Source: Myxococcota bacterium (lineage in GTDB: Bacteria > Myxococcota_A > SURF-8 > G963663525). Taken from it: DNA of 64,000 nucleotides. Position 1 is the first letter of the stretch. The number at the start of each line of letters is the position of its first letter. The DNA lies in NCBI GenBank assembly GCA_963676915.2, contig CAXXVK010000011.1, positions 32,001-96,000 on the forward strand, read 5' to 3'. Position numbers and translations under genes: made by a program. Positions 60,807 through 64,000 of the stretch are shown here, piece after piece. The notes beneath the pieces are model-generated. The model searched no databases. It saw nothing but the letters and a program-made list of their open reading frames with translations, and was not told the DNA's origin.

Positions 60807-60862
60807 GGGTTCGAACTTTCCTTTATCTCGTATCAAACGGCGTCAAACGCCGCCCGTTTGTG

Positions 60863-61952
60863 TTATTTTCGCACCGATTCTTCAAGCAATTGAGTCACGT
60901 TCGCGGCAGCCTTGGGATGGGCGGCGCTTTGGACCCGTCCCGACATGTTCGCGATTTCTTCCGGATTTTCGATTCGTTCTCGTAAAAAACGCACCAATTC
61001 GGTCGCGTCGATATCCTTTTGCTCCCGTACCCAGGCCGCACCGGCTTCAACCAGTTCCGCTGCGTTGTGTACCTGATGGTTGTCCGCTGCGCCCGGAAAC
61101 GGGATCAGCAGGCTGGGACGTCCCGCGACCGCCAGTTCCGCACAGGTCGCCGCACCGGAACGCGCCACGACAAGGTGACACCACTTCAAAGCACCGGCCA
61201 TGTCATCGATAAATGCCACCGCTTCGGCGTTCAACCCGGTTTCACGGTATCGTTCGGCGACGGCTTCAAGGTCGTGTTGTCCGGTCTGGTGGCGGATCGT
61301 CAAGCGGTCTTTCATCGGTTTCAGGTCCGGGGCGGCGTCTCGAAACAGGTTGTTGATGAACGTTGCACCCTGGCTTCCACCGAGGATCAGAACCTGCAAA
61401 GGTTCTGAAATTTCACGAGTTTCCTGAGAGTCGGAGAGGAACTGGTCCAAAAACTCCTGGCGCACCGGATTGCCGGTGAGGACGGTTTTTTTTCGCATCG
61501 AACCAGCGCGCTGCGTGGCCGAAAGATACCGCCACTTTTTTGGCGAAACGACCGAGTTGGCGGTTGGTCATGCCCGGTACCGAGTTGGGTTCCAGCAGCA
61601 CCAGCGGTTTTCTCAGAAACCAGGCGGCCAGACAGACCGGCCCCGCGGCAAAACTTCCCAGGCTGAGCACGACATCGGGACGGAAACGGAGGACGATCCA
61701 CAGTCCTTGCAAAAACGCCAGAGGAAGACGCAGCAGCGAAAGCAGCGTTTTGAACAGTCCGACGCGCTTCAGACCGCTGGCCGCCGTGTATTTCACCGGA
61801 AGGTTCTGTTCGGGCAGAATGCGCGATTCGATGCCGTCGCGAGTACCGACGAACAGCACTTCATTGCCTTCCTTTTTCAGCCATTGTTTGGCTACGGCAA
61901 TCCCCGGGAAAAGATGGCCACCGGTTTTTCCACCAGCCAGCAACAGTCTCAT
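60863..61952 (-). CDS. murG: Lipid II GlcNAc transferase (frameshift in homopolymer near 61490)
   Basis: AGGKTGGHLFPG, EPNSVPG, TGNPVR, GGSQGA, RSGA and HQVHNA. Confidence 0.94.
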
Positions 61953-63094
61953 CTTGCGCCTCCTTTCGGGTCCGCAACGCTGTGACGACTGATGTTGAGC
62001 AGAATCCCGAAGGCCATCAGCATCGCCACCAGAGACGATCCCCCGTGGCTGTAGAGCGGAAGAACGATGCCTTTCTGAGGGAGCAGGCCCATCACCACGC
62101 ACATATTCATCAGCGCTTGAATGCCGAACAATGCGCTGATGCCGTAGGCGGCGTACATACCGAAGAGATCTGGCGCTTTGAGTGCGATCCGCCATCCTCT
62201 GTAAACGATGAACAGATACATGGCAATCAGCGTCATGGAGCCGATGAATCCCAACTCTTGAGAAAGACTGGAAAAAATAAAGTCGCTATGCATTTGCGGA
62301 AGGAAGAAAATCTTGATGGTTCCCTGTCCGAGACCCATACCCGTCAGACCGCCGCTGCCAATGGCCATCACGGACTCTCGAAGCTGGTAATCCAGCACCG
62401 TGAGATCCTGGTTGCCGAACATGAAGCTCAACGAGCCCAGGTAATCTCTCAAACGCCGGGCGACGTGATCGAACTGCCAGGCGGCCATTCCAAGACCCAG
62501 CAACCCAATGAAAAACAGTGAAATGATGTAGGAAACCTTGGTTCCGGCAACGAACATCATCACCATCACCACGCAGCCGAGAAGCGCCGCCGTACCTACA
62601 TCGGGTTCGGGAGCGATTAGTCCCATAACGATGATCGGTACCAGCAGGAAGCGTAGAAATCCCGAGGTGAAACGCTTGAGTGCGAATTGATCTTCCAACG
62701 CCCAGCGACTCAGAGAATACGCAAGGAACAGTATGAGGGAAAATTTGGCGAATTCAGAAGGTTGAACTTTTAAGCCGAAAATTTTGATCCAGCGGGTACC
62801 GCCGTTCATCGTCGCACCCAGCGGGGTATAGACGAGGATCAGCGCAACAATGGATACTCCCAGAAGGTGGGGCGCCCAGGTTTCCCAGAAATGATAGTCC
62901 ACCTTGCTCAGCAGGCCCATAAACAACAGTCCGATCACGGCGTACAGAGATTGTGTACCCACGAAATAGAACTGGTTGCCATGGTTCTTCAGTGCGAGAA
63001 AAGCACTCGAAGAATAGACGACCAGCAGGCCGCCTGCCAGGCATAGGACGATGCCCGCCCAGAGCAGGGCATCCATGGAACGTTCTTTTTCCAA
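61949..63094 (-). CDS. ftsW: Peptidoglycan glycosyltransferase FtsW
   Basis: VYSSS, RWI, QPSEFAK, EPDVG, HSDFIF and LPLYSHGGSS. TTG start at 63094 follows GGAG. Confidence 0.94.
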   Translation of the reverse strand: MEKERSMDALLWAGIVLCLAGGLLVVYSSSAFLALKNHGNQFYFVGTQSLYAVIGLLFMGLLSKVDYHFWETWAPHLLGVSIVALILVYTPLGATMNGGTRWIKIFGLKVQPSEFAKFSLILFLAYSLSRWALEDQFALKRFTSGFLRFLLVPIIVMGLIAPEPDVGTAALLGCVVMVMMFVAGTKVSYIISLFFIGLLGLGMAAWQFDHVARRLRDYLGSLSFMFGNQDLTVLDYQLRESVMAIGSGGLTGMGLGQGTIKIFFLPQMHSDFIFSSLSQELGFIGSMTLIAMYLFIVYRGWRIALKAPDLFGMYAAYGISALFGIQALMNMCVVMGLLPQKGIVLPLYSHGGSSLVAMLMAFGILLNISRHSVADPKGGAR

Positions 63095-63105
63095 CCAACC
63101 ACTCC

Positions 63106-64000
63106 CTAGAGGTTGAATTTCAGCTTCAGGCTCGCAAGGCCGACAATGGCCAAGATGATCGAGATAATCCAAAGCCTCACCACAACCTTGGGCTCCGCCC
63201 AGCCCTTCAATTCAAGACTGTGGTGAAATGGGGCCATTCTAAAAATACGTTTGCCCGTCAATTTGAAACTTCCAACTTGCAAAACCACGGAAATCACTTC
63301 GAAAACGAAAATTCCACCGACAACCACCATCAACAGTTCCTGCTTGGTCAAAAAAGCCAGAACGCCCAAAGCCGAACCGATAGTCAGGCTACCTACATCC
63401 CCCATAAAAACCTGTGCGGGGTAGGTGTTGTACCAGAGAAAAGCCAGGCAGGCACCGAAGAGTGCCCCGGCGAACACGGCTAGCTCGCCAGCGCCCGGAA
63501 CGTAAACCACGTTGAGGAACTGAGCGAACTTGATGTTACCTGCCAAATACGCGAGAATCATGAATACGATCGTGGTGGCCATGGCCGGTCCCCAAAGCCA
63601 GACCGTCAAGGCCGTCCGTGAGGTTTACGGCGTTGGCCGTTCCGGCGATGACAATGGCCGCAAACGGGACATACATCCACAATGGTATGTTAGTAATCGG
63701 ATTCCAGACGAACGGCACCTGGAGATCGTTGGCGAAGTCGGTCAGGGTAAACAGCAGCAGTGCGGCGACGGCGGTAATCAGCAACTCCAGTCCCAGGCGC
63801 AGTTTGCCCGAGATTCCCTTGGAGTTGTTTTTCGAGACTTTCATCCAGTCGTCCCACAGACCCAACACGCCGAACGAACCTGTGACCAGCATAGCGATCC
63901 AGGTGTAGGCATTGTCCAACCGTGCCCAGAGAAACGTAGAGCACAGCAAGGAAGCCAGGATCAACGTTCCGCCCATTGTCGGGGTTCCGGCTTTGGAAAG
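63106..64000 (-). CDS. mraY: Phospho-N-acetylmuramoyl-pentapeptide transferase (5' end off window; frameshift near 63590)
   Basis: [33 protein letters not shown] and MAPFHH. Confidence 0.95.

Noticed and set aside
58448-64000. Pseudogenisation or programmed frameshifting of ddl, murC, murG and mraY
   Set aside because: The breaks I traced are single extra bases in homopolymer runs in essential genes with intact motifs, and they cluster at one end of the window. This pattern fits low-coverage long-read error.

Overview
Chromosomal window from a bacterium that is probably a Myxococcota/deltaproteobacterium. This is inferred from many lipoproteins with acidic linkers, a MYXO-CTERM-like tail, a DVU0298-type protein, an HdrA-type redox cluster and sigma-54 regulation. 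Housekeeping genes include rplS, rnhB, degP, lolA, nadA, murB, uvrA, pgsA, malic enzyme and the distal dcw cluster (mraY-ftsW-murG-murC-ddl-ftsQ-ftsA-[ftsZ-like]-ftsZ). The last ~8 kb carries many single-base homopolymer frameshifts that look like sequencing errors. Accessory content: a sigma-54-driven kinase/regulator/HdrA-HdrA(MvhD)-HdrD/PocR locus, a B12 radical SAM gene beside a membrane spermidine-synthase-like gene, a tandem-duplicated pair of beta-propeller lipoproteins, and several REP/REPIN/MITE-type repeats. Most notable: (1) a motif-degenerate FtsZ paralog between ftsA and ftsZ, whose canonical neighbour lacks the usual C-terminal peptide; (2) a complete sigma-54 promoter architecture driving an ORF-free, three-hairpin RNA with an anti-Shine-Dalgarno-like tract (candidate sRNA); (3) several intact pseudo-enzyme-like genes (thiolase, FadN-like hydratase, WecB, HdrA); (4) a MITE carrying a nested GTAG-REP doublet. 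All calls come from reading the sequence; no searches were run.
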